The notes below the pieces were generated by a model that saw nothing but the letters and a program-made list of their open reading frames with translations, did no database searches and was not told the DNA's origin. A stretch of 35,305 bases of DNA from contig CAWIMJ010000051.1 of NCBI GenBank assembly GCA_963837175.1, forward strand, positions 1 through 35,305. Reading direction: 5' to 3'. This document shows, one piece after another, positions 10,196 to 20,839 of the stretch. Position numbers and translations under genes: made by a program. Position 1 is the first letter of the stretch. Each line of letters begins with the position of its first letter. The stretch comes from an uncultured Nitrososphaeraceae archaeon. Lineage in GTDB: Archaea; Thermoproteota; Nitrososphaeria; Nitrososphaerales; Nitrososphaeraceae.

Positions 10196-10231
10196 TATAC
10201 ACAGGCTAGTTAGTATACGCAGGCTAGTTAG
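10196..10231. repeat. 18-bp tandem duplication
   Basis: TATACACAGGCTAGTTAG TATACGCAGGCTAGTTAG, one mismatch. Confidence 0.8.
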
Positions 10232-10360
10232 GTATCCTGCATTTATAGTAATTCTTGTTTGCCATCTTATACATCCGTTCTATATCTTTACCACTCTCTT
10301 CCTTGTTGGAACTTAAATTATTATCTTACACAAGAATTTGTAAGTCTTTTTGTAAATAAA

Positions 10361-10568
10361 ATGAATGATTCAAGCAAGATGAAGAATATAAAACATCTAC
10401 ATAAGCGCCTCACCGCAACCACCATTAAGGACATTTGAGGACTTGATCTCTAATAAAGTCGCCCAAACAGAGAGTGAAATGCACAAGTCTACTACTAGAC
10501 CTGTGACAGACAAAATATGGACTGATGTAGAGACACTGCAATGCGTGTTAACACAGACTCTTCTCTAA
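10361..10568 (+). CDS. Small helical hypothetical protein, 1-nt insertion near 10436
   Basis: Removing one T from GACATTTGAG gives a 68-aa frame: MNDSSKMKNIKHLHKRLTATTIKDIEDLISNKVAQTESEMHKSTTRPVTDKIWTDVETLQCVLTQTLL. Confidence 0.45.
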
Positions 10569-10775
10569 GAAGATGAATGGAGGGGAAAGAGGGGCGATAC
10601 TAGGAAGGTATGAAAAAGAGAGACCGAGGTGAGATAGATAGATAGACTTTCAATAGATATCATATTACTTTGAATTATTACCATTACCATTATTGGTATT
10701 GTCATAGAGCTTCATTAAGTATCACTGATTTTTTACCATAGAATTGGTCTTCTTTTACTGCTATTAACTTAGTAA

Positions 10776-11814
10776 CTAATTTTGTATGGTGAATGTGTCT
10801 TTGACTGATCCATCTTCATTAGCATAGAATGTACCAATAAGCTTTGTTCCATCAGATGATACATCTATATTTAAAAATCCAAAGCCTTTGTATTGAGTAG
10901 CTATAAAATCAGCTTTACTTTTCAAATTATAAAGGTCCTCTCCACCAGTTCCTGCTATAATATATACTTCTCCTCTTGGATCGTTGTATGTATTTGTATT
11001 GGTAGATGTTATAGTTGGATTAGATGATGGATTGGCATTACTGTTATTATTGTTATTATATGAGATTGGATATGATCTTTGATAATTGTGGTTGTGTCCT
11101 TGTAAGACTAGATCTACTCCATATTGGTCAAACAATGGATGATAAATATTTCTGAGCAAAATATCTGAAGGATGTTTAGTTGGTGAAGTATACATTGGTT
11201 GATGGAAATATACAATAATCCACTTTATGTTAGGATTTTGTGAGGTACTGATAAGATCTCTTTTTACAAAAGAGTATTGTGGAGAGTCAATAGTATAAGG
11301 AAGGTTAGAATCCATTGCTATAAAATGTACATTATGATAGTCAAATGAATAGTATGTATTTGAAAGACCAAAATGATTCTTGTATTGTGCTTGAAGTAAA
11401 GTAGGGTCTCCTTCTATTACCACTATCATGATTGCCCATAACGATTTTAAGCTTGTTATTTATAGAGCTTGTCTCATTAATCCAGCAGTTTGCAGTCTTC
11501 TCATAACTAAGATCTCCAAGAGCTAGCACAAGTTCTGGATGTTTGTTTTGTATATTCATTACAGTAGTTGATGTGTCAGCTGTACATCCCCAATCTCCTG
11601 CAACTGCAAAATTAAAATAATTAGTACTAGGAAGGAAGGAAAAGGAAGAAGGAGGAGTAGGAGTAATAGTAGGAGTAGCATATGCCAAGTGTTGTTGTTG
11701 TCTTTTTTCTTGTTCTTCTTTAACTTCAGTAGGACTTCCATGTAAAGGCATCATGGATGATAAAATTATCATAGCTATTATTAGCAAGGAAATTGCAAAG
11801 GTTTTCTTTGTCAT
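10776..11814 (-). CDS. Secreted metallophosphoesterase (purple acid phosphatase-like), frameshift near 11410
   Basis: Signal/anchor N-terminus. PAP metal-ligand motifs GDWG, GDLSY, GNHD, YFHQP and GHNH are spread across the two track ORFs. Confidence 0.92.
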
Positions 11815-12053
11815 TTAGAAATATCATCTTATTTGACAGGCTTATATTAACTTATCATAATGCAGTAAATATTCGTTCCATATAGTCTGGTGATTTATGG
11901 ACTTGGCATTGAATTATTTTTGTCAGGGAAATTACTCCATTGTATATAGACCAATGCTTAAATCAAAAATAAAAACTCAAAAGAAGGCAACCGCAACATT
12001 AGTTTTTTTATAAATAAATAAATAAAAATAATAATCGATGATATTATCTTCCT

Positions 12054-12300
12054 ATTCTTGTTCTTCTATTCCTAAATACGTAATCACGTGAATATGGCAA
12101 TTGATACAGATATAAACTGCTGTTTATTTTGGCTCTGGATCTATTTTTATCTCGCTTGAATACATTCTATTGGCTATCAAATAACATCTGTATATATAGC
12201 ATCAAGCATAGATGCGATTTTTTGATTCATAGGATGGCAGTTATTGCATGTGTCATATATTGGTTTTTTGATAATCGTAAAAGGATCTCCTTTTTCTCCA
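12054..12300 (-). pseudogene. Decayed small protein with two CxxCH motifs
   Basis: EKKEILLRLSK / PIYDTCNNCHPMNQKIASMLDAIYTDV / EIKIDPEPK*TAVYICINCHIH, with stops and frameshifts. Confidence 0.4.
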
Positions 12301-12529
12301 CTTATTTTTTATAAGTTTCTCTCTATTTCTTCGTGTGCAAATGCTAACTCTATTAATATTGATTCAAAAGTATTGCAAAAACCTTGTAAAGGCATTGACA
12401 AATAATGCTATAGATACTGCTCCCAACAATCCATCTAAAGCTTTGTCTAAATTCATCAATGTCATATCTTAAGAATAACTATACCGATAGCAGTAGTTTT
12501 GCTCTCATCTATGCTAAATAGAAATATTA

Positions 12530-12645
12530 ATTAACTAAAATACCTCCTACTACTCGGCTCAGCTGCCAATATCTAATAAGTGTATTAAGAAGTGCTGCCT
12601 GCTTTTGAGATGTTATACGCGGAGTCTTCCTATCCACTACTCATA
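12530..12645 (-). pseudogene. Short-chain dehydrogenase (SDR) remnant
   Basis: MSSG..SAYNISKA / ALLNTLIRY / LAAE / GILVN resembles the SDR YxxxK region and the following helix-strand. Heavily broken. Confidence 0.4.
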
Positions 12646-12754
12646 TATTGCAAATATCCTAGAAAGCATTAATCTATAAAAAATAAAATGTTCTGCTGAC
12701 CCACTGACATTAAAATATTGTATCCTCATTGATTCAACTTGTTTATTTTATTTA

Positions 12755-13792
12755 TTATGTATGAGGCACATTATCTATAGGTTTGAATACTTGGATATTA
12801 TTATTTCCTCTATCAGAAACATAAACATATCCTTCTGAATCTATAGCAAGATGTTCTGGGTCGGTAAATTGGCCGTCTCCAGTACCCTCAGATCCCCATT
12901 TTGTAATGAAATTTCCGTTAGTGTCGAATTTTTGGACACGTGGTATGCCACTACCAGTCTTATCTGATTGTGGGTCATTAACATATATGTTATCGTATTT
13001 GTCTGTAGCTATATGCTCAACATGGGAGAATTGGCCATCACCACTACCTTCTGAACCGAACTTTAAGAGAAAGTTGCCCTCACTATCGAATTTTTGAACT
13101 CTAGCATTACCTCTTTCATTTACTATTATATTTCCTTTTGAATCAATTATCACAGAAACAGGTACATTAAATTGGCCGTCTCCAGTACCCATAGACCCCC
13201 AACTTTTTATAAAATTACCATTACTGTCAAATTTTTGAATACGATGATTGTTTGAATCTACAACATAAACAAACTTTGCATCTTTGTCTACAGCAACTTG
13301 CCTAGGGTAATCAAATTGTCCTTCACCAGAACCAAGAGAACCAAATTTTAAGAGAAAGTTTCCATTACTATCGAATTTTTGAATACGTGCGGCGCTTCTA
13401 TCAGCAACCCAAACATTACCTTGAGAATCAACATCTATTCCATAAGGTAATTCAAATTGGCCGTCTCCAGTACCCATAGATCCCCACTTCTTTATGAAAG
13501 TTCCATTTTTATCAAATACCTGTACGCGAGCACCATCCCTGTCAAGAGTATATAGATACTTTTCTGCAGGATCAAAGTCTAGGTCATGTGGCCGCTGGAA
13601 TTGACCATCTGCTGTTCCTTTAGATCCCCATTTTTTAACAAATACATATTCTTTAGCTTGATCAAATGCACTTACTGTAGAATAGGAGGTTATTATAGAT
13701 ATAGTAATAATAAACACTATTGTTATTAGTAAAAAAATTCTATAATATTCACGAAGGCTAATATTATGTTTAGTAGTATTATTTTTATCCAT
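12755..13792 (-). CDS. Exported NHL-repeat six-bladed beta-propeller
   Basis: Repeats of KWGSxGxGDGQFxxPxxxxxD..VYVxDxxNxRIQKFD, preceded by a hydrophobic segment ending TVSA. ATG 13792 preferred. Confidence 0.93.
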   Translation of the reverse strand: MDKNNTTKHNISLREYYRIFLLITIVFIITISIITSYSTVSAFDQAKEYVFVKKWGSKGTADGQFQRPHDLDFDPAEKYLYTLDRDGARVQVFDKNGTFIKKWGSMGTGDGQFELPYGIDVDSQGNVWVADRSAARIQKFDSNGNFLLKFGSLGSGEGQFDYPRQVAVDKDAKFVYVVDSNNHRIQKFDSNGNFIKSWGSMGTGDGQFNVPVSVIIDSKGNIIVNERGNARVQKFDSEGNFLLKFGSEGSGDGQFSHVEHIATDKYDNIYVNDPQSDKTGSGIPRVQKFDTNGNFITKWGSEGTGDGQFTDPEHLAIDSEGYVYVSDRGNNNIQVFKPIDNVPHT

Positions 13793-14228
13793 AACCGATA
13801 CTTTAGTTATTTTGATATAATATACCTTTTGTTCTTTAGGAACAGTAATTTTAATATATAAAAAATCCCTTGAATAATCCAATAATGAACAAGAACTATC
13901 AAAAAAATATTTTCTTGGTATTCGTAAGAAAGAGTTAGTATCAGATTAAAAACATACTAAACGATTCTGTTCTTCTATGTCGTATAATGCAATTGTGTTT
14001 TATTATGTGTACTCTAAAAAATAATTTAGTCTATGATTAAAAGTTAGGTGACTGTTTGTTGATCTCTAAACAATTCATCATAGGTTTTGATAGCATTCTC
14101 TATTTCTATTAACAGTATTTTATTTTTTTCTAAAACGAAAAATGCTATTACAAGTATAATAAGAAGAATGTTCTTGCATTCATTATTAATAATCTTACAA
14201 TTGGCTATTGCTTTCTTCGCTAGTACTA

Positions 14229-15676
14229 TTAGTTAGTAGTAGTACTACTACTTGCAGGAACTATTCGATATATTGTTCCATGATCTTCTTTTACACCTGT
14301 AACTACATATAGATAACCATCAGGCCCAGTTTTGAGATCTGTAATTATGCCAAAACCTTTAGCAAATGTTATATCCTCAAGATCTGTATCACTATCTGAT
14401 ATTTTATCAGATAATGTCCCATTAAGCAATAAGGCTTTTCTGTCTTTGTTCAAATCAAAATCAAAGATTGTATCCTTTGCACTGCCTACAAACAAATCAT
14501 TTTGATATTGATTGCCTAACTTATCAGAATTAAAGAAGAGTACAGCTGTCGGTGCCACACTATTACTCCAAATAAATTCAGGTGTATGATATTTTCCTTT
14601 TCCACCAAAGTTTACTAGACCTTGAGGATTTGGTGGAGCTAGTTGTTCTCCTTTTGTTAATGGAAAAGAATTAGGATCTGCTACTATCCATGCGCCTAAC
14701 ACTTGAGCCCATCCACTATTAAATCCTGGTTGAACAAGGTTAATCTCGTCACAACAATCTGGACCATTTTCCGTGTCCCATAAATTACCGGTTACAGGAT
14801 CAAATCCAATTCCAAAGCTATTTCGTATACCATAAGCATAGTATTTGTTTAAAGGATCTTGATCACCAAGGATTCCCTTGCCATTTACTACCTGTCCATC
14901 AGGAGTGACTCTTAAAATCCCTGCTCTTCCATCAGGATCTACTGCATCAGCATAATTCTGGGCTTTTGTTTTACCTTCTGCTTCTGAGAAAGCAGAAGGT
15001 CTTTCGTCTCCGATAGAAACATAAACGTTATTATCAGGACCAATAGCTACTTTTCCACCTTGATGTGCAGGACCTGGATTAGCTGGTAAATCTAGAAGAA
15101 GACGGGGATTTATTAATTTGTTATTTACCAGTTCGTACCGATAGAGATGATTTCTAATGGCTGTACCTCTGACTACTACTGCTACTACTACTGCTACTAC
15201 TAGCACCACCTCCTCCTCCTTCTCCGTTCTGCCCTGTTCCTCCGCCCTCAGTATAATACAAGAAAACATAAGTTGGAATAGTGCTGCCTGCTACCACTAG
15301 CACCACTACCATTCTGTTTTAAAATATCAATTCCGAGCATACCTCTTTCATCTTTGCTGTCAATGGTATTTAGTTGAAGTAGTGGTTCTTGGAGCATTTG
15401 ACCGTCTGTAACCCTGTTAACTGTGCCATCTTTTCCCAATATTAAAAAATCATTTGGACCTAAGAAAGCCATACTAGTAGGGGCTATAACTTCATCCGTT
15501 ACCAATTCAACTTTTAAATTAGGATCATTAATTGTAATATCACCAATATTTTGAAGCTCTTTTGATTGAGCATAAACATTAAGAATACTTTGGTTTAAAA
15601 GTAAAATAGCAATAATAAAGGAAATAACGATGAAAAATGAAAGTAGCAATAATATAGATTGATTATTGTGGTGCAT
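14229..15676 (-). CDS. Secreted PQQ-dependent sugar dehydrogenase (soluble GDH/sorbosone family), two frameshifts
   Basis: PTSMAFLGP, ERGMLGI, HQGGKV, YAYGIRNSFG, WDTENGP..DEINL, APTA and GPDGYLYV. The missing segment TYVFLYYTE plus a Gly/Ser linker is in the third frame at about 15170-15285. Confidence 0.92.
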
Positions 15677-15800
15677 TTATCTTATGTCGTTATAAGAAAA
15701 TCGTTATAAATATTTTCTTATATTTTGGGGCTCTAACTTAAAGTTATTCTAGACGTTTCTGGAATTATATAAAGCTTAGTTATTGTGTCATTTACATTCT

Positions 15801-16500
15801 ATGGATTCAGTTAAACGTATAAGGAGACACACACATACCCTACTGTAATTACTTATGGTCTGTACCTGTACTTCAGTTCCAAAAGTTATAGGTTTGCATC
15901 CAAATCAGTAGAACTAATTACAAAGAGAACATACGTATCCATTTGGAAATGGGTATAGAAATACTCCTCTACATTAAGAGATTTGTGATAGTAGGAAAAT
16001 GAAAAGTTAAGAAAATATTTGAAGATGAAACCTTGCTAAAGATAGAAGATGATGATGATGGTTAAGACTACTGGCTAAGGTTAGCTTATGGACAAAATCT
16101 GCATGTGTGGTTGCTATTTCACATTTCAAGAGAAAGAACAATTTTTGTATACTATCTGTTCTTCTTTAGACACAGATAAAAAGGACAAGATTTGGAAATA
16201 AGCATATCCTTACTGACAATCTACTCACTGATATATAATAATGATGCTTGCAGATGGCAGTTAAGACTTAAACATGTTATCTATAAAACAGAACTCAAAT
16301 ATCATGGAATAAGGTTCATTCAGCTGAAGATCAGAGCCAGGACTGAATGCTTCAATGATAACCCTCCATATAATAACCACAATTGTGACAAACAACATAT
16401 TGACAATTGATTAAGAATATATCTCTTATATCTGCGCATGAAAACAGATAAAATAAGATTCACGGACTTTGTAATAGGAAAGGCCTTAAGCAAACAGAAC
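15801..16500 (+). mobile_element. Heavily decayed IS6-family element
   Basis: Fragments GLYLYFSSKSYRFASK..KRTYVSIWKWV, IFEDETLLKI..DYWL, HISRERTIF, RFGNKHILTD and RTECFND..NCDKQHI parallel the IS6 transposase at 21807-22481. Possible right end at 16486-16500 (reverse complement GTTCTGTTTGCTTAA). Confidence 0.8.
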
Positions 16501-16523
16501 TGAAACGCGTTAGAAAAAATTAT

Positions 16524-17477
16524 TTACTTTGTAATAGTAAATTGGTCTATTATCCTCCCATTATTATTATCAGGATAAAACTTGCCCGTTAATGTTTTTC
16601 CATTATCTGTCATATCTACATCTAATATCCCAAATCCTATATAGTCTTTAACATAGTAGTTGTTTCCTTTTTTACTGTCTTTTTGATCTTTAAAAGGGTA
16701 AAGATCCTCCCCTCCTGTGCCTACTGTAATAAATATCTGTCCCCCTCCATTAGGATCTGTATAGTTGGTTGTATTTGTACTGGTTTCTATTGGATGCTCT
16801 GGATTAACACTATCAAATTTGATAGGATATGTTCTCTGATAGTTGTGATTATGTCCTTGAAGTACAAGGTCTACTCCATACTGTTCAAACAGAGGATGAT
16901 AGATACTTCTTAAGGAAGTAATAGCAGGATGCGTACTTGGTAAGGTATACATTGGTCTATGGTAATATGCTATAATCCAATCTATGTTTGGATTTGATGC
17001 TGCCTTTGAAAGATCATTATTTACAAATTTATACTGTGCAGAATTAACATCAAATGGAATTTCTGTTGAAAGTGCAAGAAAGTGAATGTTTTTGTAGTTA
17101 AATGAGTAATATTGTTGTGTGAGTCCAAAGTGATTCATATATCTATATATCTCTCCAGTCCCCCGGTAATCGTGATTGCCTATTGCAATTTTCATTTTGT
17201 CTTCTATAGGCTTCACTATCTTAAACCAGCACTCGTCACTAGTAGGATTATATGAATAGTCTCCTAATCCAAGTACTAATTGTGGGTTCTTACCAACTAT
17301 GTTATTTACAGTGTTGTTTGTATTAGGAGTACATCCCCAATCTCCTACGGTTGCAAAGTTAAAATCTGAAACAGGTACATTTTGAGCATTTGCTATTTGT
17401 GTTGATGGGGTCTGAATAAGACATCCAACTGACAACAAAAGGAGTGCCATTGCAGAGAGAGATATTACTCTCTTCAT
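16524..17477 (-). CDS. Secreted metallophosphoesterase (purple acid phosphatase-like), intact paralog
   Basis: Signal peptide MKRVISLSAMALLLLSVG..IANA, then GDWG, GDYSY, GNHD, YYHRP and GHNH. Confidence 0.94.
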   Translation of the reverse strand: MKRVISLSAMALLLLSVGCLIQTPSTQIANAQNVPVSDFNFATVGDWGCTPNTNNTVNNIVGKNPQLVLGLGDYSYNPTSDECWFKIVKPIEDKMKIAIGNHDYRGTGEIYRYMNHFGLTQQYYSFNYKNIHFLALSTEIPFDVNSAQYKFVNNDLSKAASNPNIDWIIAYYHRPMYTLPSTHPAITSLRSIYHPLFEQYGVDLVLQGHNHNYQRTYPIKFDSVNPEHPIETSTNTTNYTDPNGGGQIFITVGTGGEDLYPFKDQKDSKKGNNYYVKDYIGFGILDVDMTDNGKTLTGKFYPDNNNGRIIDQFTITK

Positions 17478-17629
17478 GAATGGTCGCTGTTTTGTTATGC
17501 TTATACTTTCTATATATCTAAATTTCATTGGGTTTCATTAATGAGATGAAGAGCTTCTTTGAAATTATATTAATATTGATTAACGTAGTTATCTAATGAC
17601 TATTAAATTCATAACCTGGTGTAGCTTTA

Positions 17630-17922
17630 ATGAATAAGAAGATACCAATAAGAATAATAATAATAGTTAGTATTATCGTTTGCAGTAGCAGAACCTATGA
17701 GTATTGGTTTCTTAGCCCCAACACCACCGCTAAAACATCAAGCGTATGCATACACCAATAAGCAGGAATACTCAATCGGACCTTACATTTTCTGGTTCTA
17801 ATATAGACGACGATGGGCCTACTACAACATTAACTTTCCATGATAAAAGACATTGTCATCAGTATATTCAAGACCATCCAGGATTAGCAGTAGACAAAAA
17901 GGACTGTACTGGAGCCAACTAA
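17630..17922 (+). pseudogene. Small secreted protein, frameshifted
   Basis: MNKKIPIRIIII / VLSFAVAEPMSIGFLAPTPPLKHQAYA-YTNKQEYSIGPYIFWF / IDDDGPTTTLTFHDKRHCHQYIQDHPGLAVDKKDCTGAN*. AYA cleavage site and two Cys. Confidence 0.45.
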
Positions 17923-18472
17923 TGTCAGGCACTTTTATATGTTTTGTTTGGATTTAATCCAAGGAGGATTTTAGAATTTAATCTTGAATCACTGCTGCAA
18001 GAACAATAACAGCAATAGCGATATCAGCAATAGTAGTAGCAGCCATAACTATACGGGGAAGCCTGAGCTACAGCAATCTCCTTCTACAAATAAAATTGAA
18101 CCTATTTTATTTTAAATTATTATTAACAATACCAATAAGAATGGTAGTAAGTAAACGTTGTTTAATACTCAATTTCACTTAACAAACACTATAATAACTA
18201 AGAATTTTAGTCTACGCCTATATATCAATGAGTTTCTTTCAACCGTTGGTATAATAAATATGATTTAGCATACGATAACCTAATAGGCATAAACTGCATA
18301 TATGTAATTGTACACTCCTGCTATAATCTTCTGATGAAATGACGACAAATGCCCTAAAAGTGTATGTCTGAGAATTCATACACCCATCATGATGATTTAC
18401 TTTGCTGATTTGCAGTCAGATGATTATTACTATGTAGGTGTAGTATAAGCTGTAAAAAAAGGAAAGGAATGA

Positions 18473-18721
18473 ATGAGAGATATGGTTTGCAAAGGTATAT
18501 GCATACGTCATAAAGCACTTAAGCCGGTTGGTGATGGTCGTTATGCAAAGGGACAGAAACGCTGTCAGGTATGTGAAATATTTCTAAATTGGAATGGATT
18601 ATGGTGTCCATGCTGCGGATATCGACTAAGAACTAAACCACGAAATATCAAATATAAGGCAAAATTACATGAAAATAAGAAAGTTGTAGAGATACAAGAA
18701 CTACTACTAAAAGAACACTAA
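18473..18721 (+). CDS. Small basic Cys-rich zinc-finger hypothetical protein
   Basis: CKGIC..H..RY..GQKRCQVC..WCPCCGYRLRTKPR. From memory, a recurrent thaumarchaeal small-protein family. Confidence 0.8.
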   Translation: MRDMVCKGICIRHKALKPVGDGRYAKGQKRCQVCEIFLNWNGLWCPCCGYRLRTKPRNIKYKAKLHENKKVVEIQELLLKEH

Positions 18722-19482
18722 CAACAACGAGTGGCAGCTATTAGATTAATGGACAAACAATGAAGAAAAACTTATAGCTAAATTTATTCTCTTAACACAG
18801 TAATAAGTATTATCAAAACAATATAATTTTAAAAGATCAAAGCCTTTGTTTTTCAAATGCTCGCTAACATTTGAACATAAAACAATTATGATAATTAACC
18901 AATATATTTATTGTATAGCGTTCAATGCTGTTATTGAGATTTCATAAGGCAGTACCCACTATATAGAAAAGAATGTTATAATGCATCTTTTGATATATAG
19001 ATATTTTCTTGGATGACTAAAGCTTAACTTATTAGCTAAGCTAATGATATACATGAGATCACGACATTATGTTATTAATTTGATTTGGTTACTTTTACCT
19101 TATGAGTTATAATTACTATTCCTAATTTTGGTAATTATCACGATATAAGTGTATGAGAATTGTTCCCAAGCAGACTGACTCTTATTATCAGACGACTGTA
19201 ATGCAACATTGTTGATTGCAATATTTCTAATAGTTGTATTTCATTCTAAAATACGGCCTAGTGGATGCGAAGAAGCGGCTGTGATTGCCAAGCATATATT
19301 GATAGACCAAATCAAATTATATGATTCAGCAGATATCGTCATAGAAGAGGCAAGTTATTGGCTGCTAATTAATGTGGCGTGACTCACATTCTCCTATAAA
19401 CGAAAAATGGGTATTAAGGAATTGGTATTTTGTCCAAATGTTGGATAGTCTGATTAACAATTTTGGATTTATTACATATTAT

Positions 19483-20607
19483 TCAACTGCCTGTTTTAAT
19501 TACAACAAGTTTGTCTGTTCCAGACTCTGCTCCCCAGACCTCACCGGGCCGGCCCAGGATTTGTCGTACGTTGGCATGTGGGCTAGGAAGCGAAAACACT
19601 TGAAAGCCTTCTTGTCTGGGGTCAAACCGCACCAACGCATTTGCTGCGAAATCGCTCAACCAAATCATGTCCTTATCATCCACATAAACCGCATAGGCCA
19701 TTGGGTTGGCACCAGGCAGACGCCACTCCTTCCATTTTTGTGTAGTTGGCTCGTACACAGCCACCTTTCCTGCATTCCACTCACTCACCCAAATCCGTCC
19801 TTGCGAGTCAGGCCAAACACGCCGTGCTCCCTGATCTGGAGTCAGAGGCTCTAATACAGTAGCGGCTCCTGTTTCCAAATCAATGCGAGCAATATAGCTT
19901 CCTGCCAATGAAGCATAGTAAACTGAACCATCAGGAGCGGTTGATATACCATAAGGTCCTTGACCACGAGGTGCATCGAAAACCTCTACCTGTCCAACAG
20001 ATGGATTCAAGCGGCCATAAATCCCACTCTGTCCAGTAAACCATAGAGTGCCATTTTTATCAAAAGTAGCTGTGTTGAGGTTAGCATAGCCAATATCTTT
20101 GGGCATAGGGAATACCCTAACTTCCTCAGTCTCTGGATCAACTCGTACAATTGCATTTAACCCGCCGTCTGTGATCCAAGGTGCACCATCAGGCCCAACA
20201 ATTACTCCATGAGGGCTAGAACCCTGACCAAGGGCAATGTGATGTGTCTGGTTTGTGGACGGGTCAAGCCGCCCTAATTCACCAGATCCTTGAGCAGTAT
20301 ACCACACAATTCCATTGGAGGCGGGTGCTACATCGTGAGGATGAGAGCCAAATGGAACAGAAAACTCTTGCAGCACAGCATCTGACAATTGAAGCATCAT
20401 AACCGTTGACGCATTTGGTCTGAGTTCGTCTTGCCTCTGCGTTGCTGATACTGATCCATTAACAAAAGTATTAGCTGCATAGGCCGCAGTTAATGTCGTT
20501 GTATTTGCTGGTACAGTATCATGACTGGATATGAACAGAATTAGTAGTATGATAGTTATTCCATAAAAACAAGATAGCAACATTTTGTCAATCATGTCAT
20601 TAGTCAA
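19483..20607 (-). CDS. Exported Vgb-family (virginiamycin B lyase-like) beta-propeller
   Basis: Blades HPHDVAPASNGIVWYT, SPHGVIVGPDGAPWITD, GPYGISTAPDGSVYYAS and ARRVWPDSQGRIWVSEW, after an N-terminal signal ending AAYA. Confidence 0.88.
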   Translation of the reverse strand: MTNDMIDKMLLSCFYGITIILLILFISSHDTVPANTTTLTAAYAANTFVNGSVSATQRQDELRPNASTVMMLQLSDAVLQEFSVPFGSHPHDVAPASNGIVWYTAQGSGELGRLDPSTNQTHHIALGQGSSPHGVIVGPDGAPWITDGGLNAIVRVDPETEEVRVFPMPKDIGYANLNTATFDKNGTLWFTGQSGIYGRLNPSVGQVEVFDAPRGQGPYGISTAPDGSVYYASLAGSYIARIDLETGAATVLEPLTPDQGARRVWPDSQGRIWVSEWNAGKVAVYEPTTQKWKEWRLPGANPMAYAVYVDDKDMIWLSDFAANALVRFDPRQEGFQVFSLPSPHANVRQILGRPGEVWGAESGTDKLVVIKTGS

Positions 20608-20839
20608 TCATTTCGATATTTTATATTATCTAAAGACAATGGGTATGGATTATGGATTAGAGTCCAGTAGCTATTTTGTTGGCTAGAAACAGAATAGTGA
20701 TTCAGTATTGTATAACTATGCAACACATTAGAGATGTAGAATAATTCTAATTTTTTGGAGAGATTACAATAAAATTTGTGGGCGTAAATGGGTTATTCCT
20801 CCTATAATTAGTAATACTAAAGTACTAAAGGTACTTTTC

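Noticed and set aside
5292-12314. Isolated short ORFs 5292-5480, 8336-8527 and 12129-12314
   Set aside because: Composition typical of AT-rich non-coding or antisense sequence; no motifs.
12400-12475. YDIDEFRQSFRWIV as a possible Cas1 fragment
   Set aside because: Only a vague resemblance, with no other Cas1 blocks, cas genes or array.
17420-17440. Lipobox in PAP2 (LSVGC)
   Set aside because: Imperfect match; a standard ANA cleavage site follows.
19483-20607. Calling this gene vgb (antibiotic resistance)
   Set aside because: Only fold-level similarity; the catalytic motif arrangement differs from characterised Vgb.
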